50,219 bases of DNA from positions 1-50,219 of the forward strand of contig DAHVAF010000003.1 of assembly GCA_027314765.1 (NCBI GenBank). Direction: 5' to 3'. Origin of the DNA: Clostridia bacterium. GTDB lineage: Bacteria; Bacillota; Sulfobacillia; RBS10-35; JAJYVM01. The notes under the pieces were generated by a model that was given only the letters and a program-made list of their open reading frames with translations, was not told the origin of the DNA and ran no database searches. This document shows positions 1 to 8,413 of this stretch, piece by piece; within the stretch, counting starts at the first letter, position 1; every line of letters starts with the position of its first letter. Position numbers and translations under genes: made by a program.

Positions 1-1008
1 GGGCGGGGGGCCCGCCAGGCCGGCCCCGCGCTCGGCCAGCATCAGGCCCGCGGCGATGACCCCTGCCAGCGGCAGCGTCACAGCCCAGACCAGCGCGATG
101 TCCAGGACCACCTGCCAGCGCGGCAGGGTCAGGCGGTGCGCGGCGCCGACGCCCAGCAGGGCCGTGGTGGCCGCCGACGTGGTGCTGACCGGATATCCCC
201 CCAGGGCGGCGCCGATCACGGCCACGGCGCTGCCGGTCTGCGCGGCCAGCGCGTCGGGCACGCGGACCCGGAAGATCCGAAACCCGACCGTCCGCATGAC
301 GCGGCGGCCGCCAGCCAGCATCCCGGCGCCGAAGACCAGCGTGCTGCCCACCACGGCCCACGCCGGGACCGTGAAGGCCGCGCCGGGCGCCCGGGACCAG
401 AGGCCGACCAACGCCAGCAGGCCGGTCACCTTCTCCGCGTCGTTGCCGCCGTAGCCGACGCCCTGCAGGACCGAGCCGGCGGCCTGCAGGGCCCGCAGCC
501 AGCCACCGCGGCGCAGGTGGCTCGGGCGCAGCGCCCGGTCGTACAGCCGCTTGCAGATCCAGCCCAGGACAAAGCCCGCGACCACCGCCAGCAGCATCCC
601 GCCGAGGACGCGCGCCACGCCCGCCCAGCGGACGGCACCGGCCCCCCCAGCCACCCACCCCGCGCCGATGAGGCCTCCGACCAGGGCCAGCGAGGTGCTG
701 GTCGGCAGCCGCCGGTAGTAGCTGACGGCGACGCTGGCCACGGCGCCCAGCACCCCCGCCACCAGGACCGGCGGCCCCAGGCGGGCGAGGTCCACGATCT
801 GCAGGGCGACGGTCCGGGCCACGGCCGTGCCGATCAGCCACGGACCGGCCGCCACGGCCGCCAGCACGACCAGTGAGCCGCCGAGCTGCGTCAGCGCGCC
901 GGAGGCCACCAGCGCCGCCACCAGGTTGCCGCCGTCGTTGGCGGCCCCCAGCACGCCGAAGAGCACCACCAGGGCGATCAGGGCGGCCGCCGCCCCCGGC
1001 GCCGTCAC
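1..1008 (-). CDS. PiT/PHO4-family inorganic phosphate transporter, 3' end cut by window edge
   Basis: Absent from the ORF track because there is no stop inside the window. My reverse-strand translation from GTG 1008-1006 is open to position 1. It reads VTAPGAAAALIALVVLFGVLGAANDGGNLVAAL...GVGYGGNDAEKVTGLLAL...GGYPVSTTSAATTALLGVGAAHRLTLPRWQVVLDIALVWAVTLPLAG. This shows two ND-containing PHO4 repeats, a PVSTT motif and a multi-TM profile. The GTG lies 10 nt after the iolC stop on the same strand. Confidence 0.7.
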   Translation of the reverse strand, partial: MTAPGAAAALIALVVLFGVLGAANDGGNLVAALVASGALTQLGGSLVVLAAVAAGPWLIGTAVARTVALQIVDLARLGPPVLVAGVLGAVASVAVSYYRRLPTSTSLALVGGLIGAGWVAGGAGAVRWAGVARVLGGMLLAVVAGFVLGWICKRLYDRALRPSHLRRGGWLRALQAAGSVLQGVGYGGNDAEKVTGLLALVGLWSRAPGAAFTVPAWAVVGSTLVFGAGMLAGGRRVMRTVGFRIFRVRVPDALAAQTGSAVAVIGAALGGYPVSTTSAATTALLGVGAAHRLTLPRWQVVLDIALVWAVTLPLAGVIAAGLMLAERGAGLAGPPP

Positions 1009-1017
1009 CGGCGCCCC

Positions 1018-1965
1018 TCAGCCACCACCGCCGCCCTGCCCGGCCAGCAGCGCCTCGACCTCCTGCCGCGTCGGCATGGCCTGGGAGCAGCTGTGACGGG
1101 TGACGACGATGGCGCCGGCCGCGTTGGCAAAGGCGAGGCAGCGCTCGGGCGACCAGTCGGAGAGGAGCCCGAAGCAGTACCCGGCCCCGAAGCCGTCGCC
1201 CGCGCCCAGGGTATTGACCACGTCGACCCGGTGGCCCTGTGCGCGCGCCTGGCCCTGGCGCGTGTAAAGCCATGCCCCGGCCCCGCCGCGCTTGGCCACC
1301 ACCTGGGTCGGCCCGAGGGCCAGCAACCGGGCGGCGGCGGCATCCGGCTCCGCGCTGCCGCCGGCGAAGGCCAGCTCCGGCTCGTTCGCCAGCACGACGT
1401 CGCAGAGGCTCACGGCCAGCCGGTAGTACAGGCGGGCGACCTGCTCGCCCTCCCAGAACTGGGGACGCCAGTCCACATCCAGGACGTTGATGCCGCCCCC
1501 CGCCCGGTGCATCTGCAGGGCCAGCAGGGCTGCCTCGCGGCCCGGGGACACGGCCAGGGCCGTGCCGGCCACGCAGAGGAGCCGCGCCGCGCCAAGGCGC
1601 CGCGGGTCGATGTCCTCCGGCGCCAGGTGGGCGTCGGCGCAGGGCTTTCTGTAAAAGAGCACCCGCGAGTCGTCCGGCGGGAAGATGGCGGCGAAGGCGA
1701 GGCCCGTCGGGTAGGTGGGGTCGGTGGCGAGCATGTCGGTGGCCACGCCCTCGCGCTCCAGCTCGGCGCGGAGGAAGCGCCCGAACTCGTCGGCGCCGAC
1801 GCGGCTGATCAGGCCGGCGGCGGCGCCGAGGCGGGCCAGCCCCACGGCCGTGTTGCCGGCCGAGCCGCCGAGGTACTTGCGGAAGGAGCTGACCTCCGCC
1901 AGGGGGGTGTGCAGCTCGGCGGCATAGAGGTCGACGATGACCCGGCCGAGAGTCAGCGCGCTCAC
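1018..1965 (-). CDS. iolC: 5-dehydro-2-deoxygluconokinase (PfkB family)
   Basis: ORF 1018..2022 is a PfkB ribokinase-like protein (GGSAGNTAVGLARLG, VVNTLGAGDGFGAGY). The iol context gives the specific call. I place the start at GTG 1965 (VSALTLGRVIVDLY), which overlaps the iolB stop as GTGA. The track start at 2022 would overlap iolB by 61 nt. Confidence 0.85.
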   Translation of the reverse strand: MSALTLGRVIVDLYAAELHTPLAEVSSFRKYLGGSAGNTAVGLARLGAAAGLISRVGADEFGRFLRAELEREGVATDMLATDPTYPTGLAFAAIFPPDDSRVLFYRKPCADAHLAPEDIDPRRLGAARLLCVAGTALAVSPGREAALLALQMHRAGGGINVLDVDWRPQFWEGEQVARLYYRLAVSLCDVVLANEPELAFAGGSAEPDAAAARLLALGPTQVVAKRGGAGAWLYTRQGQARAQGHRVDVVNTLGAGDGFGAGYCFGLLSDWSPERCLAFANAAGAIVVTRHSCSQAMPTRQEVEALLAGQGGGGG

Positions 1966-2756
1966 CGTCCCGGTCCCCAGTTCATCAGCCAGGCGTGGTC
2001 CGGGTCGGGGGTGAAGCGCCACTCCCGCACCGGCCCCGCCATGACGTTCAGGTAGTAGTCATCGTACCCGGGCGCCGCCGCCACGACGTGGTAGCCGCGC
2101 GGCACGAGGATCAGGTCGCCGTCGCCGACGGCGCAGGTGGCATCGAGGTCGCCCTCCGCCGAGTAGACCCGCTGCAGGGCGAAGCCCTGGCCCGGCCGCA
2201 CCCGGTGGTAGTACACCTCGGCGAGGTCCCGCTCCCGGGGCGGGTCGTCCCGGTCATGCTTGTGCGGTGGGTAGCTGGACCAGTTCCCGGCCGGCGTGAA
2301 CACCTCGACCAGCAGCAGGCGCTCGGCCGGCGCCTCCTCCGGCAGGATGTGGTGGATGTGGCGCTCCGTCTGGCCGCTCCCCCGCCGCTCGTGGCGCGCC
2401 GAGGCCGGATCCAGCCGGCGCGCAGGCACGCCCGCCGTGGCCGGCGCGGCGCACACGGCCAGCTCCACGGCGTCCTCCGCGCGCAGCCGGTAGGGGCTGC
2501 CGGGCGGAAGCAGCAGGCCATCCGGCGGCCCGCCGCCCCATGGGTCCGCGCGGCTGCCGAGCAGGCCCCAGTCCCGGCCGGCCGCCTCGGCCCGCGCGTG
2601 GCCGCCCAGCAGGAGCAGGGCCGTCTCGGCATCCGCGCACCCGCCGGCCAGCTCCGCGCCCGCCGCCAGCCGGTGGACCCGGAAGTCGATGTGGGCCCAG
2701 CCGGGCTCGTCGCGCCGCACCCCGGAGGCGCCGGCCCGCCGCAGCGGCAGCGTCAT
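1962..2756 (-). CDS. iolB: 5-deoxy-glucuronate isomerase (KduI/IolB cupin)
   Basis: Only the C-terminal 264 aa of read-through ORF 1962..3719 are meaningful: MTLPLRRAG...HIHHILPEE...NWSSYPPHKHD...EVYYHRV...LVPRGYH. ATG 2756 overlaps the iolE stop (ATGA). Confidence 0.85.
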   Translation of the reverse strand: MTLPLRRAGASGVRRDEPGWAHIDFRVHRLAAGAELAGGCADAETALLLLGGHARAEAAGRDWGLLGSRADPWGGGPPDGLLLPPGSPYRLRAEDAVELAVCAAPATAGVPARRLDPASARHERRGSGQTERHIHHILPEEAPAERLLLVEVFTPAGNWSSYPPHKHDRDDPPRERDLAEVYYHRVRPGQGFALQRVYSAEGDLDATCAVGDGDLILVPRGYHVVAAAPGYDDYYLNVMAGPVREWRFTPDPDHAWLMNWGPGR

Positions 2757-3643
2757 CCGCCCACCACCTTCCCCAGGTAGGCGCGCGCCTCGCGCGACGC
2801 CGGAAGCGCCGGGTGCAGGGCCGGGTCCTGCTCGGCCTCGACGATGACCCAGCCCGTGTAGGCCGCCGCGGCGAGCGGGGCCAGGACGGCGGCAAAGTCG
2901 ATGTCGCCGGCGCCCGGCGTGCAGAAGACGTTGCGCCGCACGGCCTCGAAGAAGGTCAGCCCCTGGCGCCTGGCCTGCGCCAGCACCGCCCCGCGCACGT
3001 CCTTGGCGTGGACGTACGCCACGCGGCCGGCATGACGCCGCATCACCCGCGCCGGGTCGCCGCCCCCGTAACGGATGTGCCCGGTGTCCGGGCAGAGCGC
3101 CACGTCGCTCTCGCGGCACAGCCGGTCGATGTCGTCCTCGGTCTCGACGGGCGTGCCGCCGTGGGGGTGGAAGCAGAGGCGGACCCCCTGGGCGGCGGCC
3201 GCCGCGGTCAGCTCCGCGAGTCCCTCGGCGAGCCGCCGCCAGCCGGGGCCGTCCAGGGGCACGACGGCGGCGCGCGGCCCGCCGCGGTCCCAATGCAGCG
3301 AGCCCGTGCCCTCGGCCACCACGGCGGCGGTGGCGCCGGCGGCGGCGCAGAAGGCGATGTGGCTGCGGGTGGCCGCGATCTCGGCGGCCCGGAGCGCGGG
3401 GTCCGGGCTGGCCAGGTTGCACCAGCGGTAGGCGCCCGCCAGCACCAGGCCGCAGGCGGCCAGCTCCCCACGCGCGGCCTGGGGGTCGGCGGGGAAGCGG
3501 TAGCTCATCTCCGTGCCGGCAAAGCCCGCCGCCGCCATCTCCGCCAGCACCTGGGACGTCGGGGTGTCGGCGCCCCACTCGCGCAGGTCGTCGTTGACCC
3601 AGCCGATGGGCCCGACCCCGATGCGAACCTGCCCGAAGGGCAT
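2753..3643 (-). CDS. iolE: Inosose dehydratase (xylose-isomerase-like TIM barrel)
   Basis: 296-aa ORF: MPFGQVRIGVGPIGWVNDDL...CFHPHGGTPVETEDDI...WVIVEAEQDP, typical of IolE. The start codon directly abuts the iolD stop. Confidence 0.85.
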   Translation of the reverse strand: MPFGQVRIGVGPIGWVNDDLREWGADTPTSQVLAEMAAAGFAGTEMSYRFPADPQAARGELAACGLVLAGAYRWCNLASPDPALRAAEIAATRSHIAFCAAAGATAAVVAEGTGSLHWDRGGPRAAVVPLDGPGWRRLAEGLAELTAAAAAQGVRLCFHPHGGTPVETEDDIDRLCRESDVALCPDTGHIRYGGGDPARVMRRHAGRVAYVHAKDVRGAVLAQARRQGLTFFEAVRRNVFCTPGAGDIDFAAVLAPLAAAAYTGWVIVEAEQDPALHPALPASREARAYLGKVVGG

Positions 3644-5425
3644 TTACCGCACCTCCCGCGCGCGGCCGGCCAGCCACTCGGCGTGGGCGGGGAGATAGGC
3701 CGGCACGGGCACGTCCCACCAGCCGGCCTTGGTCAGGCCCTGCTTGCCGACGGGCACCTCGATCACGGCCGGCCCGCCCTCGGCCAGGGCGCGGGCCAGG
3801 GCGGGGCCGATCTCCGCCGGGTCGTCCACCCGCGTGCCCGCGAGGCCGAAGTCGCGGGCCAGGGCCGCGAAATCGGGGCTGTAGTCGGCGCCGCGGCGGC
3901 GAAACTCCGTGGCGATGGCCCGCCCCGGGCCATAGAGGCCCTCCTGCAGGCTGCGGATGGAGGTGAACCCCTGGTTGTTCAGCACGACGTAGACGACCCC
4001 CAGGTCCAGCTGCGCCGCCACCGCCAGCTCCTGGGCCGTGTTGAGAAAGTCGCCGTCCCCGGCGATCCCGACCACCGCGCGCTCCGGCGCCGCCAGCTTG
4101 GCGCCGATGGCGCCCGGCACCGTGAAGCCCATGGTGGAAAAGCCCCCGGAGGAGATGTGCGTGCGGGGCTCATAGACCGGGAACTCCTGATATAGCTGGT
4201 TCTGCGGCAGCCCGGCCCCCGCGGCGACGATGCCGTCCCGCGGCAGGGCGCGGCGGATCTCGGCCAGGGCCCGCGAGATCGTGGTCGGGCTGCCCTGCTG
4301 CTCGCGCGCGGGCCGCAGCTCCCCATCCCAGGCGTCGCGCAGGCGGGCGATCTCGGCGTGGTAGGGGCTGCCCCGCCAGGCGCGGGGTGGGGCTGCCGCC
4401 CGCAGCGCCTCCAGCAGGTCGACGGCCGCGGCGCCCGCATCCGCCACCAGGTCGACGGCCACGGGCGCGTTCTTGCCGATCTCGGCCGGGTCGAGGTCGA
4501 CCTGGATCAGGGCCGCGTCGGGCCGCAGAAAGTAGTCCGCATGGAAGGACGAGAACGACCAGTCGGTGAAGCGGCAGCCGACGGCCAGGACGACGTCCGC
4601 CGCGTGCAGCAGGGCATTCCCCACCGAGCTGCCGGGCGAGCCGGGGTGCAGCCCATAGAGCGGGTGGTCCTCGGGGACCGCTCCCTTGCCCATCCAGGTC
4701 GTCAGGATGGCGGCCCCGACATGCTCGGCCACCTGCTGCAGGGTCGCGCCGGCCCCGGCCGTGACGACGCCGCCGCCATCGATGACCACGGGACGCGCGG
4801 CCGTCGCCAGCAGGCGGGCCGCGCGCTCGGTCGCCGCCGCATCCGGCCGCGGCCGCGAGCGCGCCAGCCGCCGGGCGAGGTCGGACGGCGCGACATCGGC
4901 CGCCTCAGCCTGGACGTCCATGGGCAGGTCGAGGTGCACGGGCCCCGGACGGCCCGACAGCATCCGGTTGAGGGCCCGGTGCATGACGAAGGGGAGCTGC
5001 TCGACGGAGCCGACCTGCCAGCTCTGCTTGGTCACGGGCCGCAGCACGCTGGGGAAGTCCGCCCACTGCTGGCGGTCGACCTCCTGAAGCACCGAGCGGC
5101 CCCGCATGTAGGTGTGGGGGCTGCCGGTCACGGCCAGCAGGGCCGTGGAGTCGACGTAGGCCTGGGCCACGCCGGTGAGGGTGTTGCAGGCCCCCGGTCC
5201 CACGGACGTGAACACCGCGCACGGCCGGCCGCTCGCGCGATAGAACCCGTCCGCCATGTGCGCGGCGCCCTGCTCGTGGATGGTCATGACGGTGCCGATG
5301 CGGCCCCGGCGCTGCAGGGCGGCGTCGAACAGCGCCACGTCCCCGTGCCCGGGGATGCCGAAGACGTAGGGCATGCCGGCGGCGATCAACTCGTCGAGGA
5401 CGATCTCCGCGCCCGTGAGGCGCAT
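3644..5425 (-). CDS. iolD: Thiamine-diphosphate enzyme of the acetolactate-synthase superfamily, IolD-like by context
   Basis: 593-aa ORF with an N-terminal TPP-Pyr domain (GIPGHGDV...IHEQGAAHMADGFYRASG) and a C-terminal TPP-binding GDGDF...N motif (IAGDGDFLNTAQEL...VVLNNQG). It sits between iolE and the regulator. It is shorter than, and diverges from, B. subtilis IolD as I remember it, so the specific function is contextual. Confidence 0.6.
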   Translation of the reverse strand: MRLTGAEIVLDELIAAGMPYVFGIPGHGDVALFDAALQRRGRIGTVMTIHEQGAAHMADGFYRASGRPCAVFTSVGPGACNTLTGVAQAYVDSTALLAVTGSPHTYMRGRSVLQEVDRQQWADFPSVLRPVTKQSWQVGSVEQLPFVMHRALNRMLSGRPGPVHLDLPMDVQAEAADVAPSDLARRLARSRPRPDAAATERAARLLATAARPVVIDGGGVVTAGAGATLQQVAEHVGAAILTTWMGKGAVPEDHPLYGLHPGSPGSSVGNALLHAADVVLAVGCRFTDWSFSSFHADYFLRPDAALIQVDLDPAEIGKNAPVAVDLVADAGAAAVDLLEALRAAAPPRAWRGSPYHAEIARLRDAWDGELRPAREQQGSPTTISRALAEIRRALPRDGIVAAGAGLPQNQLYQEFPVYEPRTHISSGGFSTMGFTVPGAIGAKLAAPERAVVGIAGDGDFLNTAQELAVAAQLDLGVVYVVLNNQGFTSIRSLQEGLYGPGRAIATEFRRRGADYSPDFAALARDFGLAGTRVDDPAEIGPALARALAEGGPAVIEVPVGKQGLTKAGWWDVPVPAYLPAHAEWLAGRAREVR

Positions 5426-5431
5426 CCCGCT

Positions 5432-6460
5432 TCACCCCTTCGGAGGCGCTGTGCTCTCCCCGATCCGCAGAGCCGGCTGCAGCACAAGCTTTCGCGCGCT
5501 CTTGATGCGGCTCGTGCGCAGCTGATGCAGCAGCTCGACGGCCAGGCGGCCGATGTCGCGCACCGGCTGCACCACGGTGGTCAGGCGCGGGTGCACGACC
5601 TCGGCCAGCAGGGTCCCGTCGTAGCCGGCCAGCGACAGCTCGTCCGGCACGGCGGTGCCCCGCTCGCGGCAGGCCTGCAGCACGCCGATCGCCATCAGGT
5701 CGTTCTGACAAAACAGCGCTGTCGGCCGGTCCCGCCGGTCGAGGATCCGGCCCGCGGCGGCGTGCGCCGCCTCGATCGTCCCCGCCGCCGCCTCGACCTC
5801 GACGTCTGGCTCCAGCCCCGCCGCCCGCAGGGCGGCCCGGAAGCCGCGGCGCCGCTCCTGGGCGCTGAACAGGGACAGCGGCTCGCTGACCAGGCCCACG
5901 CGCTCGTGGCCAAGGCCCAGCAGGTGCCGCGTCACCTCCCGCGCCCCGGCGAAGTCGTCATTGACGATGCAGGACACATCCAGGCCCGGGACCTCCCGGG
6001 CCAGCAGGACCACGGGCATGCCGGCCGCCGCGATGGGGCCGAGGACGTCGTCGGATGCCTCGGCCGCGGCCATCAGCACCCCGTCCACGCGGCGGCCGAC
6101 CAGCAGGGCCAGGGCATCGCGCTCCGCGCGCGGCCCGGCGACGTGCGTGATGAACACGTGGTAGCCGAGCTCCCCCGCCATGTCGTCGACGCCCTCGGCC
6201 AGGGCGCCGTAGAACGGGTTCGCGATGCTGGGCACGAGCAGCCCGACGGCGCCGGTGGTGCCCCCCGCCAGGGCCTTCGCCGCGAGGTTGGGCTGGTAAC
6301 CCAGCCGCTCCATGGCCTCCAGGACACGCGCCCGCGTGCCGGCGGCCACCTGGGGGTTGCCGTTGACCACCCGCGACACCGTCGCGGCCGACACCCCCGC
6401 CGCCGCCGCGACGTCGCGGATCGAGACGCCGCCGCTCGGGGGGGCCGTGCGCGCAGGCAT
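5432..6460 (-). CDS. LacI-family transcriptional regulator
   Basis: HTH VSIRDVAAAAGVSAATVSRVVNGNPQVAAGTRARVLEAMERLGYQPN followed by a periplasmic-binding-like fold. I use ATG 6460 (MPARTAPP), 2 nt after the iolG stop. The track ORF extends to 6577 through Arg/Gly junk. Confidence 0.9.
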   Translation of the reverse strand: MPARTAPPSGGVSIRDVAAAAGVSAATVSRVVNGNPQVAAGTRARVLEAMERLGYQPNLAAKALAGGTTGAVGLLVPSIANPFYGALAEGVDDMAGELGYHVFITHVAGPRAERDALALLVGRRVDGVLMAAAEASDDVLGPIAAAGMPVVLLAREVPGLDVSCIVNDDFAGAREVTRHLLGLGHERVGLVSEPLSLFSAQERRRGFRAALRAAGLEPDVEVEAAAGTIEAAHAAAGRILDRRDRPTALFCQNDLMAIGVLQACRERGTAVPDELSLAGYDGTLLAEVVHPRLTTVVQPVRDIGRLAVELLHQLRTSRIKSARKLVLQPALRIGESTAPPKG

Positions 6461-6462
6461 GC

Positions 6463-7467
6463 TCAGACCGCCTCCGCCCGCCCGGAGCGCAGCGAGCGTG
6501 TCGCGGCGCCAGCGATGGAGATGGCGGCCAGGTCGTCCTCCCCGCGCACCCGCGGCGGGCTGCCCCGCCGCACGCACGCGGCGAAGTCCTCGATCTCCCG
6601 GCGGTAGGCGTCGGCGAAGCGCTCCGTGAACCAGGGGTGGACGGGGTCGCGCTGGCCGCCGCCCTGCCGCCAGACCGTCACGGAGGTGAGGGTCTGCTCC
6701 CCCACCACCACGTGCCCGTCCGGCCCATACACCTCGACCCGCACGTCATAGCCCGGCGGGCTCTGCCGCGAGTTGTCCACGACGGCCAGGCACCCGCCCC
6801 GGAAGCGCAGCACGGTGGCGGCCACATCGACGTCCCCCAGCGAAGCGACCTCCGGCTGGATCCGCGCCGCGCCGGCGGCGAAGACCTCGGCCACCTCGTC
6901 GCCGGCCAGCCAGCGCGCCATGTCGAAGTCGTGGATGGCCATGTCGCGAAAGATCCCGCCGGAGGCGCGCAGGTATTCCAGGGGCGGCGGCTGGAGGTCG
7001 TGGCCGGTCAGCTTGATCAGGTAGGGCGCCCCGACGGCGCCCGCGCCGATCAGGTCGTGCGCTCGCTCGAAGGACGGATCGAACCGCCGCTGGTAGCCGA
7101 CCTGCAGGGTGACGGAGGCTGCCGCCCGGCAGGCCGCCGCCACGACCTTCGGGTCCTGGGCGATGGGCTTCTCGCAGAAGATGTGCTTGCCCGCCCGCGC
7201 GGCCGCCGCGACGATGTCGGCATGGGTCGGCGTCGGCGTGGCCACGATGACGGCGTCGACATCGGGATCCGCAAGCGCCTCGTCGACGCTGCCATGGCTG
7301 CGGGCCGCGCCCCAGCGCGCGGCTGCCTCCGCCAGCAGGGCGGCATCGGCCTCCGCCACGGCGGCGAGCCGTGCCCCGGGCACGCCCGCCGCCAGGTTGG
7401 CGGCATGAAAGCGGCCCATCCGTCCGAGTCCGAGCACCGCGATCCCCAGGGAATCGCTCAGGTCCAC
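6463..7467 (-). CDS. iolG: myo-inositol 2-dehydrogenase (Gfo/Idh/MocA)
   Basis: The C-terminal 334 aa of ORF 6463..7890 read VDLSDSLGIAVLGLGRMGRFHAANL...HIFCEKPIA...GIFRDMAIHDFD. GTG 7467 is preceded by GGTGGGGG. Upstream of that the ORF is low-complexity read-through. Confidence 0.85.
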   Translation of the reverse strand: MDLSDSLGIAVLGLGRMGRFHAANLAAGVPGARLAAVAEADAALLAEAAARWGAARSHGSVDEALADPDVDAVIVATPTPTHADIVAAAARAGKHIFCEKPIAQDPKVVAAACRAAASVTLQVGYQRRFDPSFERAHDLIGAGAVGAPYLIKLTGHDLQPPPLEYLRASGGIFRDMAIHDFDMARWLAGDEVAEVFAAGAARIQPEVASLGDVDVAATVLRFRGGCLAVVDNSRQSPPGYDVRVEVYGPDGHVVVGEQTLTSVTVWRQGGGQRDPVHPWFTERFADAYRREIEDFAACVRRGSPPRVRGEDDLAAISIAGAATRSLRSGRAEAV

Positions 7468-7592
7468 GCACCCCCACCGCAATCGCTCTCTGCAACAGTG
7501 CCACATACGCCAGATCCGGCGGTCGCTCCTGCCGGGCCGGGTCGGGCACGCGACCGACAGGAGCCGTGCTCTTTGCGGCGAAGCCACGCCAT

Positions 7593-7604
7593 GAAACCGG
7601 TTTC
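7593..7604. promoter_or_regulatory. Perfect 12-bp palindrome GAAACCGGTTTC, LacI/CcpA-type operator candidate
   Basis: Read in the iolG / IMPase divergent intergenic region, 15 nt before the IMPase TTG start. It fits the central-CG TGNAANCGNTTNCA style of LacI-family sites. Confidence 0.4.
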
Positions 7605-7618
7605 GGAGGGGGACGTCC

Positions 7619-8413
7619 TTGGCAACGCCGATGGCGGCCGTCGTGGAGCTGCTGCAGGCCATGGCCACACTGGCCGAGGCCCGGATGCGGGCCGGGCTGG
7701 CGCAGCCCCTGGCCGCCGACGCCAAGGAGAGCCCCCACGACCTCGTCACGCACGTCGACCGCGAGATCGAGGCCGAGATGCGGCGCATGGTCGCGGCCCG
7801 CTTCCCGGACCACGGCTTCCTGGGGGAGGAGGCCGGGACCACGGGCGCCGGGCCCTGGCAGTGGGTGGTCGACCCGGTGGACGGCACCACGAACTACGCG
7901 AACGGCCTGCCGGTCGCCTGCTCGTCGATGGCGGTGCTCCATGACGGCCGCCCGGTCGCCGCGGCCGTCGTCGACCCCTTCCGCGGCGAGCGCTTTATGG
8001 CGGTCCGCGGCGGTGGCACCACCCTGAACGGCATCCCCGCGCACGTCAAGCGGCGCGGAGACGGCATCGCCGGCGGCCTCGTGCTCTGTGAGCTGGCCGG
8101 CGGCCACCCCTGGCCGGGCCTCCCGGCGCTTGCGGCCTTCGCCGACCGCCAGGGCGCGACGGTGCGGGTGCTGGGCTCCGGCGCCCTCGCCACGGCGGAG
8201 GTCGCGGCCGGCCGCGCCGACGCCGTGGTCCACGTGGGCCCCCACGCGTGGGATGTCGCCGCCGGCTGCCTGCTCGTCGAGGAGGCCGGGGGCGAGGTGA
8301 CCGGCTGGCGCGGCACGCAGGCGTATGACCTCTTCGGCGGCGGCCCCATGCTGGCCGGCGCCCCGGCGGCGTGCGCGATCCTGCGCCAGGGCCTGGCCGG
8401 CGCCCAGCCCTAG
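7619..8413 (+). CDS. Inositol monophosphatase family protein
   Basis: Motifs FLGEEAG, WVVDPVDGTTNY and HAWDVAAGCLLVEEAGG. TTG 7619 lies 6 nt after GGAGGGGGA. An ATG at 7631 is an alternative start. Confidence 0.9.
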   Translation: MATPMAAVVELLQAMATLAEARMRAGLAQPLAADAKESPHDLVTHVDREIEAEMRRMVAARFPDHGFLGEEAGTTGAGPWQWVVDPVDGTTNYANGLPVACSSMAVLHDGRPVAAAVVDPFRGERFMAVRGGGTTLNGIPAHVKRRGDGIAGGLVLCELAGGHPWPGLPALAAFADRQGATVRVLGSGALATAEVAAGRADAVVHVGPHAWDVAAGCLLVEEAGGEVTGWRGTQAYDLFGGGPMLAGAPAACAILRQGLAGAQP

